From Octopus vulgaris (Eukaryota), in assembly GCA_951406725.2 (NCBI GenBank), contig OX597830.1, positions 8,618,001 through 8,682,000 on the forward strand: a DNA stretch of 64,000 nt. The letters run 5' to 3'. Positions 1-14,805 of the stretch are shown here, piece after piece; the first letter of the stretch is position 1; each line of letters opens with the position of its first letter. The position numbers and the translations under genes are program-made. The notes under the pieces are model-generated. The model was not told the origin of the DNA, did not search any database, and saw nothing but the letters and a program-made list of their open reading frames with translations.

Positions 1-105
1 AATTTCGAAATTAAAATCATACGCTATTCATTTTGTCCTGCAGAATCAGATTAAACTTAATGGTTGGTGCTAATTAATCAACGACAGAGAGAAAGAGAGA
101 CGGGG

Positions 106-145
<40 letters not shown>

Positions 146-1511
146 TTATACGTGGTCATGTGATCGCCGTAAATAGCTCTTTAGTCTCCCCCAATTACAT
201 CTAAAATCTCAAAGGTCTTAGATACAATATGTCTAAATAAAGTATGGATAGTCACAGCGTTTTGGCCGGTTTATAAGACCAATCTGAGAAGTGTTCTTCT
301 CGGTCATACAATGGCGATATAAGCGAAAGACCAAGCTGTAATATTTCTCTTTTCCTTGTCAATCACAAACCGAGCAAGCTGTTTATGCTCGCTCTTCAAA
401 TAGAAACCATCGTTGAACGGAAACGTTTATTTTGTTTTACTGTCATTCGGTTAGTCTCAATTGAAGGCAGGTTTTATCTGAACGAAACACCAATGGGATT
501 TCAATTCCCGAAACGAGGGATGCGTCGTGTTCTTGAACAAAACGCTTAATTTCACGTTGCTGCAGTCCACTCAGCTGTAAAAGGGTAAACCCCTGTGAAG
601 GACTGGCGTCGCGTTCGGTAAGGGAAGTGGGAGGAGGGATGTTGCGATCTTGGTCTCTTATGCGACCTGGAAAACTGCGTGGTAAGCGACCTTGAGGGTT
701 CAAAGAAGTTGCGACAGTAATGTTCAGGGGGTGCTGTTGTTGTTATAGATGATGATGATGATGATGACGATGATGATGATGATGACAACGACAGCGACGA
801 CAAATATGATGATGATGGTGGTGATAACGCCAAACGATGATGGTGATGACGATGATGATGACGATTATGACGACTATGAGGATGATGACGATGATGAAGA
901 CGATGATAACGATGATGATGATGATGATGATGATGATACAAAATAAAAGAGAGCTTGTGCATACATTCCATAATTGCAGATTTTCGCATCAATATTTTCT
1001 GCGCATAAGGCTGTGAGCTGGCAGAATCGTTAACACGCCGGCTAAAATGCTTAAGGACACTTCGTCAGTCTTTACGTTCTGAGTTCAAATTCCGGCGGGG
1101 CCAACTTTACCTTTCCTCCTCTCGGAGTCGATGAAATAAATACCAGTCGAACTTGCTGGCCTTGTGCCAAAATTTGAAACCAATATTTACTATAAAGATA
1201 TAAAAACGAATAAAAACCAAAATTTGTTGAACGCTTCCTTGATTGAAGGGTGCATCAGAAACAATAGGCAATGGTTTAATACGAACCCACGACGCTCCGA
1301 CCGACAACACACACTATACTGACATTACAACTCTTTCCTCTGTCATCGGTTCTTCCTTATAAGGTCATATATTTCAGGGTTTTTCAGTACATTTCTCAAA
1401 TATTGACAATACTGAACACGTGTAGCATCGGTGTCTATGTCAATATACGGGTGTGTAGAGATGTGCGGCGGCTAAAATAACTGTGTATGTTTGCGTCTGT
1501 GTACGTGTGTG

Positions 1512-1542
<31 letters not shown>

Positions 1543-1691
1543 CTGTGTGTGTGTGTGTGTGTGTGTAGAAAAAAAGTGGAGTGGGAAAGTCCGTGTGTTT
1601 ATCCATGCAAAGCAATGAGAAACGTCTGTGTGTAAATTTACATTTGCACGTGTACATGACACTTAACGGGTGGAAACTATACACCCGCTTC

Positions 1692-1723
<32 letters not shown>

Positions 1724-1994
1724 GTAAATACACACACAATATATATACACACATGTGTGTATATATATGTATATATATATGTGTGTATGTATATATATAT
1801 ACACAAATGTATATATATACATACACACATACATATATACATATATGCACATATACATATATACATATATACACATACATATATACATATATATACACAT
1901 ATGTGTGTATATATATTGTGTGTGTATATACATATTTATATACATGTCTGTATGTGCACACACACGCACACACACACATATGTACATATACATG

Positions 1995-2053
<59 letters not shown>

Positions 2054-2552
2054 GGAGGTGTGTATATGTTTACACGGTTTAGTGTAAGAGCAGATAATCA
2101 CATTTAAACTTTAAAAAGATCTCCGCTTTCATCGTAGTAGGTTTCAGGTAAGAGTCTATACACACATGTACACATACCACATACATACATATGTATATGC
2201 ATGCGTATATTCATACATACATTCATGCATATAAATATATGTTCGCATCAATATGTGAGTGTGCTGACATATAAATATATACATTAGTATACATACATAT
2301 ATATATATATACATGTTTTTTTTTACTCTTTTATACTCTTTTACTTGTTTCAGTCATTTGACTGCGGCCATGCTGGAGCACCGACTTTAGTCGAGCAAAT
2401 CGACCCCAGGACTAATTCTTTGTAAGCCTAGTACTTATTTTATCGGTCTCTTTTGCCGAACCGCTAATGTTACGGGGGCGTAAACACAGCAGCATCTGTT
2501 ATCAAGCGGTGTTGGGAGGACAAACACAGACATACACACAAACACATACACA

Positions 2553-2622
<70 letters not shown>

Positions 2623-2856
2623 TATATATATACATATATATGACGGGCTTCTTTCAGTTTCCCTTTACCAAATCCACTCACACGGCTAGGTCGACTCGAG
2701 GCTATAACTAAAGAAACTTGCTCAAGGTGCCACGCAGTGGGACTGAACCCGGAACTATATGGTTGATAAGCAAGCTGCTTACCACACAGCCACTCCTGCG
2801 CCTGTATATATAAATATATATACATATTGTTTGTGTGTGTATATGAAGACGAGAAG

Positions 2857-2889
<33 letters not shown>

Positions 2890-3176
2890 TACACACACAC
2901 ACACGCACACACACACACACGAATGCACATACTGGCATCCATAGTTCACGATGAAAATAAAGATGATCTTTCTGTTGTTTACAAATATCTACACTACGCA
3001 ATCACATACGCATATACTCACACACATGTATAAGTACACACACACACACACACATCGATATACATATACATATACCTATACATACACATACATATATATA
3101 TATATGTATATATATACATACATACAAACAAACGAATGTATATGATTAAGTACTTGTGTGTGTATAAGTGTGTGTG

Positions 3177-3236
<60 letters not shown>

Positions 3237-3518
3237 CTGAAAATTAATTAGAAATATTGTGAGATGGAGTTGATCTCGGTTCGCTTGGGTTACCTGCCAT
3301 GGTGAAGAAACTCATTGGACTGGACTGAAGTCAAAACAAATGCAACATCTGGAGGTCATCGCCTCCTCTACCTCCTCCCCTTCCTCCTCTCTTTCACACA
3401 CACACACGTACACACGTACACACGTAAATATAGACTTACACGTAAATACAAATTCATACATACCAACATTCTCTCGCACGTACACACAGTCACACACACA
3501 CACACACAGACACACACA

Positions 3519-3549
<31 letters not shown>

Positions 3550-3772
3550 TATACATCATCTGTGCATAGATTTCTATGAGCACGCAGATACGCAATTCTC
3601 ATGACTACAAGATCACTATCACCATTAGCGCCACCTACAAAGCGATTACTGCCTCTAATACTGACATCTAAACACACACACAAACACACACACACATTCG
3701 CACAAATACACAAACATACACTCTCATACACACTAGTACACACATACACATAAGTGCATACTTTCTCTATCC

Positions 3773-3850
<78 letters not shown>

Positions 3851-3899
3851 ATATCTATCTATCTATCTATGTGTCAGTCTGTCTGTCTGTCTGTCTGTC

Positions 3900-3963
<64 letters not shown>

Positions 3964-4061
3964 CCTTCGTAGTTCTCTCTCTTTTCTCTCCCTCCTTGCC
4001 CCATTTCTCTCTCTATCTTTCTATATTTCTGATAAATATACAGATAAATGAATAGACAGGC

Positions 4062-4093
<32 letters not shown>

Positions 4094-5792
4094 GGAGGGA
4101 GAGGGAGGGAAGGAACTAGGAACGAAGAAAGAAGGAAAAGAAAGTAGGTAGATAGGAAAAGAAAGTAGGTAGATAGGAAAAGAAAGAAAGAGTTAACAAG
4201 GAAGAAATATAGACAAACTGATACGTAAATAGACAGACAGATAGATTGATAGGGTGGTAGATAGATAGATAGAGAGAGAGAAAGGGGGAGGGCGAGAGAG
4301 ATACAGAACTACGAAAGAGTATACATAGGTAGATAGAGATAACGAGAAAGAAAGCGCGTGTATGTGGGCTCATGTATGTGAGTATATGTGAGAGTGTGTG
4401 AGCGTGTGTGTGTGTGTGTGTGTGTGAGTGTGGTTTAGGACATTACGCGCCCGGCTGCTCATGATGTCAAGTCTAACCAATCTAGACTCGATCTATTTTT
4501 ACATTGGTTTACGTCAATGAATCTTCGTCAAATCTAAAACAGCCCAACAATGGCCGACAATGGGTGACAAAGTTTTATCTAATACGCAATAAACAAGAAC
4601 TTAATCGACCTTATAAATTGAACAACTGGCATTAGGGTCCAAACATCAGCAATGCCTGGTGTAGTTGTTAACGGCTGTGGGGTGGGGCGGTGGGAGCTAG
4701 GGGGCTCGATTCATTCATATATTTGTTTAGTGTTCGTTTTGCTGATAATTATCGTCTGCCCGTGTATGTCAACAAGATGGCTGACGGAAATACCGCTATG
4801 GGAGCGGTTTTGCATACTAATGACACAGACTCGAGAGGTCTCTTACATGCTATGGTAGCGGATGAACTCAGGTTGTACAAGTAATTACTAGGTAAAATCT
4901 CCCTTTTGGAGTGTTTAAAATCTAAAACATCAAAACAAAGGTGTTTATTCGAATTTTTAGGGAAGAATACGGCAGAAGAGGCGGTATAAAATCGTCGCCA
5001 TCCTTCCGAAATGGTTCCAGCTGTTTGTGCAGGTACCGAATGGATTTTCCAACTATACCAATAAGGTCTTAGACAAATGTAACAACAGAGATTTAATTCT
5101 TACAGGATCGAACTTCAATCGCTCCCTTGGGGAAGTCTTGTTTAATACTCGCACTCCGTCCGTTACGACGACGAGAGTTCCAGTTGATCCGATCAACGGA
5201 TGTCTGCTCGTGAAATTAACTTGCAAGTGGCTGAGTACTCCACACACAATGCAGTTGTCAGGGAAATTCAGCGTGACACAAGATGTGACACGGTTGGGCC
5301 TTCGAAATACAGGTACTGTTCATTCTTTCCAGTGGAGTGAACTGGAGCAACGTGAAATAAACTATCTTCCTGAGAATTGAACTCACAACATCACGACGGT
5401 GAGCCGAATACCATAACCATTTAGCCACACGCCTTCACCTTGTTTATTACGGTTAGTTGGTAACCTTGAATGCATGGAGGGATTTTCAGTGTTAAAAATC
5501 TAAAAATCAACAAACGAGGGTATTAATTCTAACAGAACGAAAATTACAGAGAGTCCTCAGACTTCTTAAGGAATTGAAATGAAATGAAATGAAGTAAAGT
5601 AGAAAAAAGGCAAAATAAGTAGAATACGTTATCACATTTAAGAATATTTCGTTTGGCGCTTAAGAATGCTTGTGACTCTGCAGTTGAAGATTAAGACGTT
5701 TTATGGTAGTGTGCAAAATAGTATATTGGAAATAATAACGATAGGATTGGTTAGAAGAAAGGAAGGGGTTGTTCCTTAGTATAATTTAACTA

Positions 5793-6960
5793 CAGGGTCT
5801 TGAAAATAAATTGAGACAATTTTACGATGCATAAAACTGGTTATAATTACTAAAATAATGGTAGTAGACAGATATAATTTTAATGTAACATTTATTACAA
5901 CAAAAACTTATCAATATAGACGCCTTTTGGGCAATTACTGCCTCCACATGAGAACGAAATTTTTTTGCAGCTACCGAAACTTTCGCCTTTTTGAATTTGC
6001 GTGTCGCACGCACGACGCAGGTCTTCAAACAGTTGACACTCTAGGGTGAAGCACTGGTCCTTGCTTGAAGTATGCCCCATAAAAAGTAATTGAGAAGGTT
6101 GAGATCTGAGCTATTACTGGGCCAGATATTATCTCTCACAAAAAATGGCATCTTCTCATCAAGGAAGGCCTGTGTTGCTTTTGGCCCATGGCATGGTGTA
6201 GAATCCCGGATAAGCACCACATTGTCAAGCCCAAACTTCTGCTCCATCCAAGGTAACAGAGATTTCTTCAGGATGTCTGGATACATCTTTGTGTCGATCT
6301 TGAAGTTAGACTCAATAAAGTGTGGATCCATGACACTTCCCTCACTCGCCACGGCTCCAAATACCATCGCAGAGGCAGGATTCTCAGTCTCAAACACAGT
6401 GGGGACGTCAGAAGAGTTGTATTCAATCAATCGAAAATTCACCTCAGCGTCCACAGTGAACTTCTCATCCACAAGCACGAGAGTTTTTCCTGCAACTTGA
6501 TGCTTGATGAATGACATAAGCTTAGGGCCTCTCTCGGCTCTGATTGCTTTGACCTTGGCTGTTAGAAGTCGACGGCATCGTTGAATATAGCTAGGCACGC
6601 CAGGGTTCCTGTACTCAGCTCTGGACACCGTGGCAAAGAACACATTGTGTTTCTTTGCAAGAGTTGTCGTGGATGTGGATGGGTTGACTTCAGTCGAGCG
6701 TTTGAGGCCAGCGAGAAACTTTGCATTGCGCTTGGAATCACTTTGAGACTTGTGTTCTTTTCTAACAATCTTTCCCCTCTTCTATAAATTGCTTATACAC
6801 GATAACTAGTGCATTTGGAAGTTTCACCAACTTAACAATTTTATTGGCACTGTGCCCGGCGCGCGCCAATATAACAATAGCGGAGCGAGTCTTCTGTTCC
6901 ATGACTTTCTGTTGTTGAATCAGTTCGTTATTTACCTGAAAAATAAAGAGGAGATTTAGA
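5793..6960 (-). mobile_element. Decayed Tc1/mariner transposon, DD37D (maT-like) transposase pseudogene
   Basis: MEQKTRSAIVILARAGHS (HTH start, ATG 6902), VDEKFTV, MVFGAVASEG, RDSTPCH...WPSNSSDLNLLNY with 37 residues between the second and third catalytic positions (third is N). TA|CAGGGT terminus at 5793; other end not resolved. Confidence 0.85.
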
Positions 6961-7053
6961 TTTTCAAGCAAGGTTTTGTCAAAAAATGAAATGTTAAACC
7001 CACTAAGTTATCTGCTTAAAATTTTTTCTTTGGTACACTATCAAAACATTTTA

Positions 7054-7093
<40 letters not shown>

Positions 7094-7121
7094 GTACGTG
7101 CGGACGTATGTATGTACGTAG

Positions 7122-7172
<51 letters not shown>

Positions 7173-7960
7173 CATATATACATAGATATAAGGCATATTT
7201 CGTCTGTCTACGTTCAGAGTTCAAATCCCATCGAAGTCGACTTTGCCTTTCATCCTTTCGGGGTCGATAAATTAAGTACCAATTGCGTACTGGGGTCAAT
7301 CTAATCGACTGCCCCCACACCCCTAAAATTTCAGGCCTTGTGCCTAGAATAGAAAAGAATGTATATATATACATATTTATAAATGTTTATCGGTATTTTG
7401 TCTCTCTTTACATTCTGAGTTCAAATACCGCCGAGGTCGACTTTGCATTTTATCCTTTCGGGGTCGATAAATTAAGTAGGAGTTGCGTACTGGGGTCAAT
7501 TTAATCGACTGGCCCCCACCCACAAAATTTCAGGCCTTGTGCCTAGAGTAGAAAAGAATATATATGTATATACATATATTAAATGCGTGCGTATATGTAT
7601 ATATATATATATATATATACATGTGTTTGTGTGTGTGTGTGTATAAATACACACATATGCGCATATTAAAGTATTTCGATAAATATAATAGAAGCCGTGA
7701 GGGTAATTAATCCAGCTGTCATATTTCGACTTCTGAGGTCGGTTGGTGTGATAAGGTAAACAGTTGACATATGTAGATAATTGTGACTCGTGGCACACAC
7801 ACACACACACACGAACACACACACACACGTGCGCACACACACACACACCCGTATACACTGAGAAAGAGAACCTCCCTAATTCTTAAGTATTTACGCATTC
7901 ATTTGTATGGCCGCTGGTTTCAGTGGTGTTGGCCCACGTTCTTACCGGCAGGAACAGAAA

Positions 7961-8001
<41 letters not shown>

Positions 8002-8557
8002 AAGTGAAGGGATAAGTCAGAGGTATAGTTCTATTGTAGGCTGTATGGTGGGCGGAGTGTAAGGTTAAATTAGTTGGTAATGATGCAAGTATTAATGGTG
8101 GCGGTGGTGGTGGTGGTGAGATGGTGGCGGTGGTGGCGTTAGTAGTAGATGTGGATGTGGTAGTACAAGTTGTAGTAGCAGTGGTGGTGAGAGTGGTGGT
8201 GGTGGTGTGATGGTTGGGGGTGGTGGTAGTTGTGACGCTGGTGATAGTGTCCTAGGGAAAAATGGTGGTAGTGGTGGTGGTGGTGGTGGCGGTGGTGGTA
8301 CTGGTTGTAGTGTTCGAGTGGTGTTAGTAGAGATGGTTGCAGTGTAGAAAGAAATAGAGAGAGAGAGAGTAAGAGAGATGAGGAGCAAGAGAGAGAGAGA
8401 GAGGGGGGGGGATAAGAGAGAAGGAATTTTGGAAGCGACTTTCATCACAATTTTTTTTAATATTCTCGTCTCTTTCTTCTTCTCTTCTTCCTTCTTCTCT
8501 TCTTCCTTAAAGTCCCCCCTACCCTATCCGACCCGTCTAGTCTTCATTCACCCTTCC

Positions 8558-8593
<36 letters not shown>

Positions 8594-8829
8594 CTTATAC
8601 ACATCTCACCCATCTTCATGCAACCTCTCTCCCTATTCCTCTTTCTAACCAATCTTTCTGCAAACTTCATTCTTCTTCCTTTTTCTCGCTAAGTCCTACC
8701 AATCTATCTTCATACTACACCACCTCTCTCACTCTCTCTCTCTCTCTCTGTATATATATATATATATATACCTCATTTTCTATCTCCCTATCTCCCTCTC
8801 TCTCTCTCTCTCTCTATTTATCTATCTAT

Positions 8830-8869
<40 letters not shown>

Positions 8870-8906
8870 ATATTTACACATATATGTATACAAATATAGG
8901 TATATA

Positions 8907-8937
<31 letters not shown>

Positions 8938-8989
8938 GTGTGTATATGTATATCTATATATATATATAGAGATATAGATATATATGTAC

Positions 8990-9029
<40 letters not shown>

Positions 9030-9780
9030 ATGTGTGTGGGTGTGTATATATATATATATATATACATACATACGCACATACACGTCTCTACGTCTCTACG
9101 TCATTTTCTATTCAACCCTACACACATTTATTCCCTCACCCCTTCAACAATCCTCGATCTCCCCATCTCCTTCATCTTCTTCTAACCTCCCTCACTTAAT
9201 CTTCCTCCCACTATCTCCTTTTCTTCTCTATCTAATCTTTCTCTCACTCCCACTCCTCCTCCTCCTCCTCCTCCTCCCGTTCCTCTCTATTCCCTATGTT
9301 CCTATCATTCGTAACACTCATCCGCCAACTTTTCTCTCTTTCTTAAACAACCTCAAATCCTTCTCTCCCTGCTACTCATTCTCCCCTCTTTTAAACAATC
9401 CTTTCTTGTCCTCCCCCTTTCTCTTGCCCCTTGTTTTCTTATTTTTTAAACCCTTTTCTTCTATTTTCTTTATAATTCCCCCCAAGTCACTGCACAGTTT
9501 CTGGGGGTCCTGTCCCGCCTTGGCCTGGTCCCGCCTCCTTCAAACAAAGACTTCTCTAAGAATCTAATTACAGACTGTGCCAAATTTTTGGCACAGTCCA
9601 CCGTAACATATGTCACTATTTCATTCAACTGTTTAAGGACTTTTTCCATCTCACTTTCACTCTTTCTCTCTCACTCACTCACTTGATGTCTTACTTTCTC
9701 TTTCTTCATTTCTTCCTCTCACTCACTCTTTATCTCTGTATATATATGCTTGCGCGCGCGCGCGTGTATACATATGTATG

Positions 9781-9836
<56 letters not shown>

Positions 9837-10957
9837 ACGTATATATTTACACATATGTATACAAATATATATATATATATGTGTGTGCATATATATATAT
9901 AAATACACACACATATATATGTATGTATATATACATATATATGTACATATATATATATGAATATATATGTACATATATATGTACATATATATATGAATAT
10001 ATATATATTACCTTATACTTGTTTCAGTCATTTGACTGCAGCCATGCTGGAGCACTACCTTTAGTGGAGCAAATCGAACTCAGGACTTATTCATTGTAAG
10101 CCTACTACTTATTTTACCGGCCTCGTTTGCCGAACCGCTACGTTACGTGGACCGTAAACACACCACCATCAGTTGTCAAGCGATGTTAGGGGGAGGGACA
10201 AACACAGACACACAAGCACACACACACACACACGTATATATATATAAAGGGAAAGTTTACGAAAATAAGCAAAAGACGAAGGCAGATGGTGTACAAACAA
10301 ACAAGTGTATTAGTATAGCGCTCAGGAATAGAAAAAGTCTTTTACGTTTCGAGCCTACGCTCTTCTACAGAAAGATACACAGAAAAAAAAGGAGAGAAAA
10401 AATGTGTGTAGTAGCTTTCAGTTTCTGTCTACCAATTCCACTCACAATGCTTTGATCGGCACGAGGCTATAACAAAAGACACTTGTCCAAGGTGCCACGC
10501 AGTCGGACTGAACCTGGAGCCATGTGATCGGTAAGCAAGCTACTTACCACACAGCCACTCCATATATATGCATACATAAATGCTTTTATTATAAAAACTG
10601 TTTTACGTTGAATGAAAAATTACTCCATATTTTTCTAGAGTACAAATTTATTACACTTTATTGAGAATAGTTCTAATAGTGACTTCGAAAATTTCGGCCG
10701 GCTAAGCACCTCTTACTTTCTCTCTATGTCCGATCATGGCTTAGCTGGTCGAACATTCGAAGTCACTGTCAGTATTACTCACATGGTTCCTGGTTCAGTC
10801 CTACTGCGTGGCATCTTGGCCAAGTCTTGTGAGTAGATTTGGTAGACAACAGCAATGACAACAACACCAACAACAACAGCAGCAAAATATTACTACAAAC
10901 ACGTCAACAACAGAAGCTATGACAACGTCAACAATAACAACAATCTCTACTACCACC

Positions 10958-10989
<32 letters not shown>

Positions 10990-11095
10990 CAACGACACCA
11001 CCACCACTACTACTGTGAACCAAACCACCACCACCACCATTACTACTACTACCACCACCACCATTACTACTACTACTGCCACCACCACCACCACC

Positions 11096-11145
<50 letters not shown>

Positions 11146-11547
11146 AAAGGAGTCTGATGATGATGATGATGATACATAAATGTATTCTTGTATTACACAA
11201 AAATTTGTAAATTCACAGATCAGCCATTTTTAATACTAAACAACCTCTCGCAATCAATATATGAAGCTTATCCCCCAATATTTAAATTAAAACAAAACTG
11301 CTAACATAATTGATTTTAACTAACACTAAAATGTAAAAATAAACAAACTAGCTACCATATAAATCGAGAAAAGGAAATACGTTGAATATAATCACAATTA
11401 ACTGATCCTCCTGTATTTTCTTTTACTCAAAGCCAGGAACTTTTCAGCACCCCCCTTCGTGCACACACACACACACATACACACACACACAACCACACAC
11501 ACACATGTATATGTGTGCGTGTGTGTGCGGTTGTATATATCTGTATA

Positions 11548-11784
11548 CAGAGGGTGGCCCAAATGCATGTTTGCAGTTATTCAATTATCTCTTTCACGTT
11601 CATACATTAACAGTTTAGGATCTTACTTATAAAAAATATGAAGCCTTTATTCTGTGCAAATTTGGTTAATTTTGTCAAGCTCCCTTTTCAGTTTGTAAGA
11701 TAGAAATTTAAATGTAATAAAATGTTTCAAAAGAAATTTAAAGTGCCTACGTGATTACTGTAAACCTACTTTTGTGTCACCCTG
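11548..11784. mobile_element. MITE derived from the 26074 Tc1/mariner family
   Basis: TA-flanked; right TIR ACTGTAAACCTACTTTTGTGTCACCCTG is the reverse complement of the 26074 terminus; first ~150 bp are collinear with 26074-26220. Confidence 0.85.
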
Positions 11785-11883
<99 letters not shown>

Positions 11884-12114
11884 ATCACGTGACCGACCAG
11901 ACCGTCAGATGTTGTTACACATCGCTGGTCACAATTCGTTCGCATTGTTTTAGCCTTCGAATGACGCCACCCCGCTGGCTAAGCGAGCAGGCCAACAGGT
12001 GTTTTCGCTCAATAAACACTCAAAACGCCCGGCCAGGGAATCGAAACCGCGATCCTACGACCGCGAGTTCGCTGCCCTAACTACTGGGCCATTGCGCCTC
12101 CACACACACACACA

Positions 12115-12202
<88 letters not shown>

Positions 12203-12332
12203 AACACATAGAGAATCCACTTATAGGGATTCTACGCATTAGAAAGAACAGCTAAGTTCTATGATCACAAACATTCGGGACAAAATTCGACAGGAATAAA
12301 TTTGGAAATGAAAAACAGTTACCATCTAGTTT

Positions 12333-12406
12333 CCTGGACCAATTGGTTTCTGATCATCTTTTAGCGAGTCATGAAGAACTCACAAGGTTTGATTTTCTTC
12401 AGCAGG
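12333..12406 (-). ncRNA. Type I hammerhead ribozyme motif, copy 1
   Basis: CCTG-CTGAAGA-(stem II)-GAAAC-CAATTG-GTC-CAGG: stem I CCTG/CAGG, palindromic stem III, GUC site. Confidence 0.75.
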
Positions 12407-12838
12407 TCCAACCTAGTGCTAAACATATCCACACGAGACAGAACAGGGCTACCTGTCTCGTGTTTATACGAGCTAACTTTTCAAATTTACTGCGCAGACG
12501 CAGTCCTTCGTTGGCTACAATAAAACCGCCAAACTTATTAACCGAAAATTAACCAAAAACTTACAGTATTTAAACATATCAAAGGGAAATGGAATTTAAT
12601 TAGAATTAAAAACATTCAATTAAAATTTACATTTCCGGTGGTCTAATGCGTAAACAAATTTTAGTCAAAAAGACTATATAATAGTCATACGGTATAGTGT
12701 ATATTTAAACACATAGATAATCCACTTATAGGGATTCTACGCATTAGAAAGAACAGCTAAGTTCTATGACCACAAAAAATTCGGGACAAAATTCGACAGG
12801 AATAAATTTGGAAATGAAAAACATTTACCATTTAGTTT

Positions 12839-12912
12839 CCTGGACCAATTGGTTTCTGATCATGTTTTAGCGAGTCATGAAGAACTCACAAGGTTTGATT
12901 TTCTTCAGCAGG
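12839..12912 (-). ncRNA. Type I hammerhead ribozyme motif, copy 2
   Basis: Same motif as 12333-12406, 506 bp away. Confidence 0.75.
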
Positions 12913-13158
12913 TCCAACGTAGTTTTTGTGGTCATAGAACTTAGCTGTTCTTTCTAATGCGTAGAATCCCTATATGTGGATTCCCTATGTGTTTAAATAT
13001 ACACTATATCGTATGACTAATATATAGTCTTTTTGACTAAAATTTGTTTACGCGTTAGACCACCGGAAATACTCTTTTACTCTTTTACTTGTTTCAGTCA
13101 TCCGGCTAAATTTTATTTGAATGTTTTTAATTCTAATTAAATTCCATTTCCCTTTGAT

Positions 13159-13218
<60 letters not shown>

Positions 13219-13309
13219 ATACAATAAGATATTATAATAGTATATTAATATATTATGGTATATTAAATACATTATAATATAGGTGGTTATGGCAATTAAA
13301 ACCACAAAG

Positions 13310-13705
13310 GAAAACTTCATAAATATAGGTGCAAAATAACACCTGCAATTGCTAGAAATAAGGGCTAAAATCTATAACTCGAATATCCACACAAAATCAT
13401 CAACCTCATGAGATGTTCAGGGACTGCGTGCAGCAAGCCACATCTTTCTTCAGCGGATAAACACACAGAATGAAGTTGTTTGATAAAACCCTATCACGCG
13501 ATTTCGAAATTTAACCAACGTGGTCTTGTTTCTCGTCAGGGGTTTCCACAATCTGTTCCGGGTTAAAGAGATAGCTTGCTTCTCATTCGCAGTCCCTGAA
13601 TATCTCTTGAGGTTAGTGATTTTGTGTGGCTGTTCGAGTTATAGTTTTAGCTCTCATTTCTAGCAATTGTAGACGATATTTTACATCCTTATTTTTGAAT
13701 TTTGC
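13310..13705. repeat. Foldback element with ~130-bp diverged inverted arms enclosing the hammerhead
   Basis: 13330-13450 is the imperfect reverse complement of 13563-13690. Confidence 0.8.
13486..13545 (-). ncRNA. Type I hammerhead ribozyme motif with canonical core
   Basis: AAACCC-CTGACGA-GAAA...TTTC-GAA-ATC GCGT GAT-A-GGGTTT: 6-bp stem I, 4-bp stem II, short stem III, AUA site. Confidence 0.8.
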
Positions 13706-14304
13706 ATCCTTATTTATTAATTTATGGTTCATATATATATATATATACGTATATCTAAATATCTTATATTGTATTATATCGTATATATAAAGGCGCTTGC
13801 CCTAGTGGTACACAATATCTAGCAATAGTGAGTTCGATTCTAGGACGGCGGCGCATTGTGCTCTTGAGCAAAACACTTCATTTCACTCTGCTCCAGGTCA
13901 CTCGTCTGTGAGGGACAAGCCTTATGATCTGCTTGTCTAGCTTGCAGGGTGGCACCATTCGGAAGCTAAAACAATGCGAAGTGCATTGTGACCAGCGATG
14001 TATAACAGTACCCGATTCTCTGATCGATCACGTGATTATGTTATATATATATGTGTGTGTGTGTGTATGTTTACATGTGTGTGTGTGTGTGTGTATGCAC
14101 AAACATGAATATAACACCTTCTCCAACCTCACCCCTTTCTACAACGCTTCAGTCACCTTACCTTTCTTTTTTCCGTTTTCCTTTTCATTTCTTTGTTCGG
14201 ACCCCCCCTCTAAATCTAACGTTTTATTTTCCCCCCTATATTTGACGACAACATTACAATTAAGAACAGAAGCATCATCAACAAAAACAAGTAAAATAAA
14301 AAGA

Positions 14305-14340
<36 letters not shown>

Positions 14341-14456
14341 TACACACACACACATACGCATACACACATATATATATATCAACACGAAGAATAAAAGAAC
14401 AGAAGGTGACATCACCAATAAGAAGACCAATTACGGCAATAATAAAGATAATAATT

Positions 14457-14529
<73 letters not shown>

Positions 14530-14774
14530 TGATGATGATGATGATGATGATACTACTACTGCAACTACTACAACTAATAATAATAATAATGAGGAGGAGG
14601 AGGAGGGGGATGGCGGAGAAGAAGAAGAAGAAGAAGAAGAGGAAGAAAAAAAAGAAAAGGAAGAAGGAGGAGGAGAAGAAGACGACGACGAAGAAGAGAA
14701 AGAAAAAGATGAAAAAGAAGAAGAAGAAGAAGAAGAAGAAGAAGAAGAAGAAGAAGAAGAAGAAGAAGAAGAAG

Positions 14775-14805
<31 letters not shown>

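Larger units (their letters stand above)
12201..13165 (-). mobile_element. Penelope/retrozyme-like non-coding element: direct repeat (12201-12420 = 12706-12922) plus inverted partial copy (12923-13165)
   Basis: Near-identical direct and inverted repeats read directly; each direct repeat carries a hammerhead motif. Confidence 0.75.
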
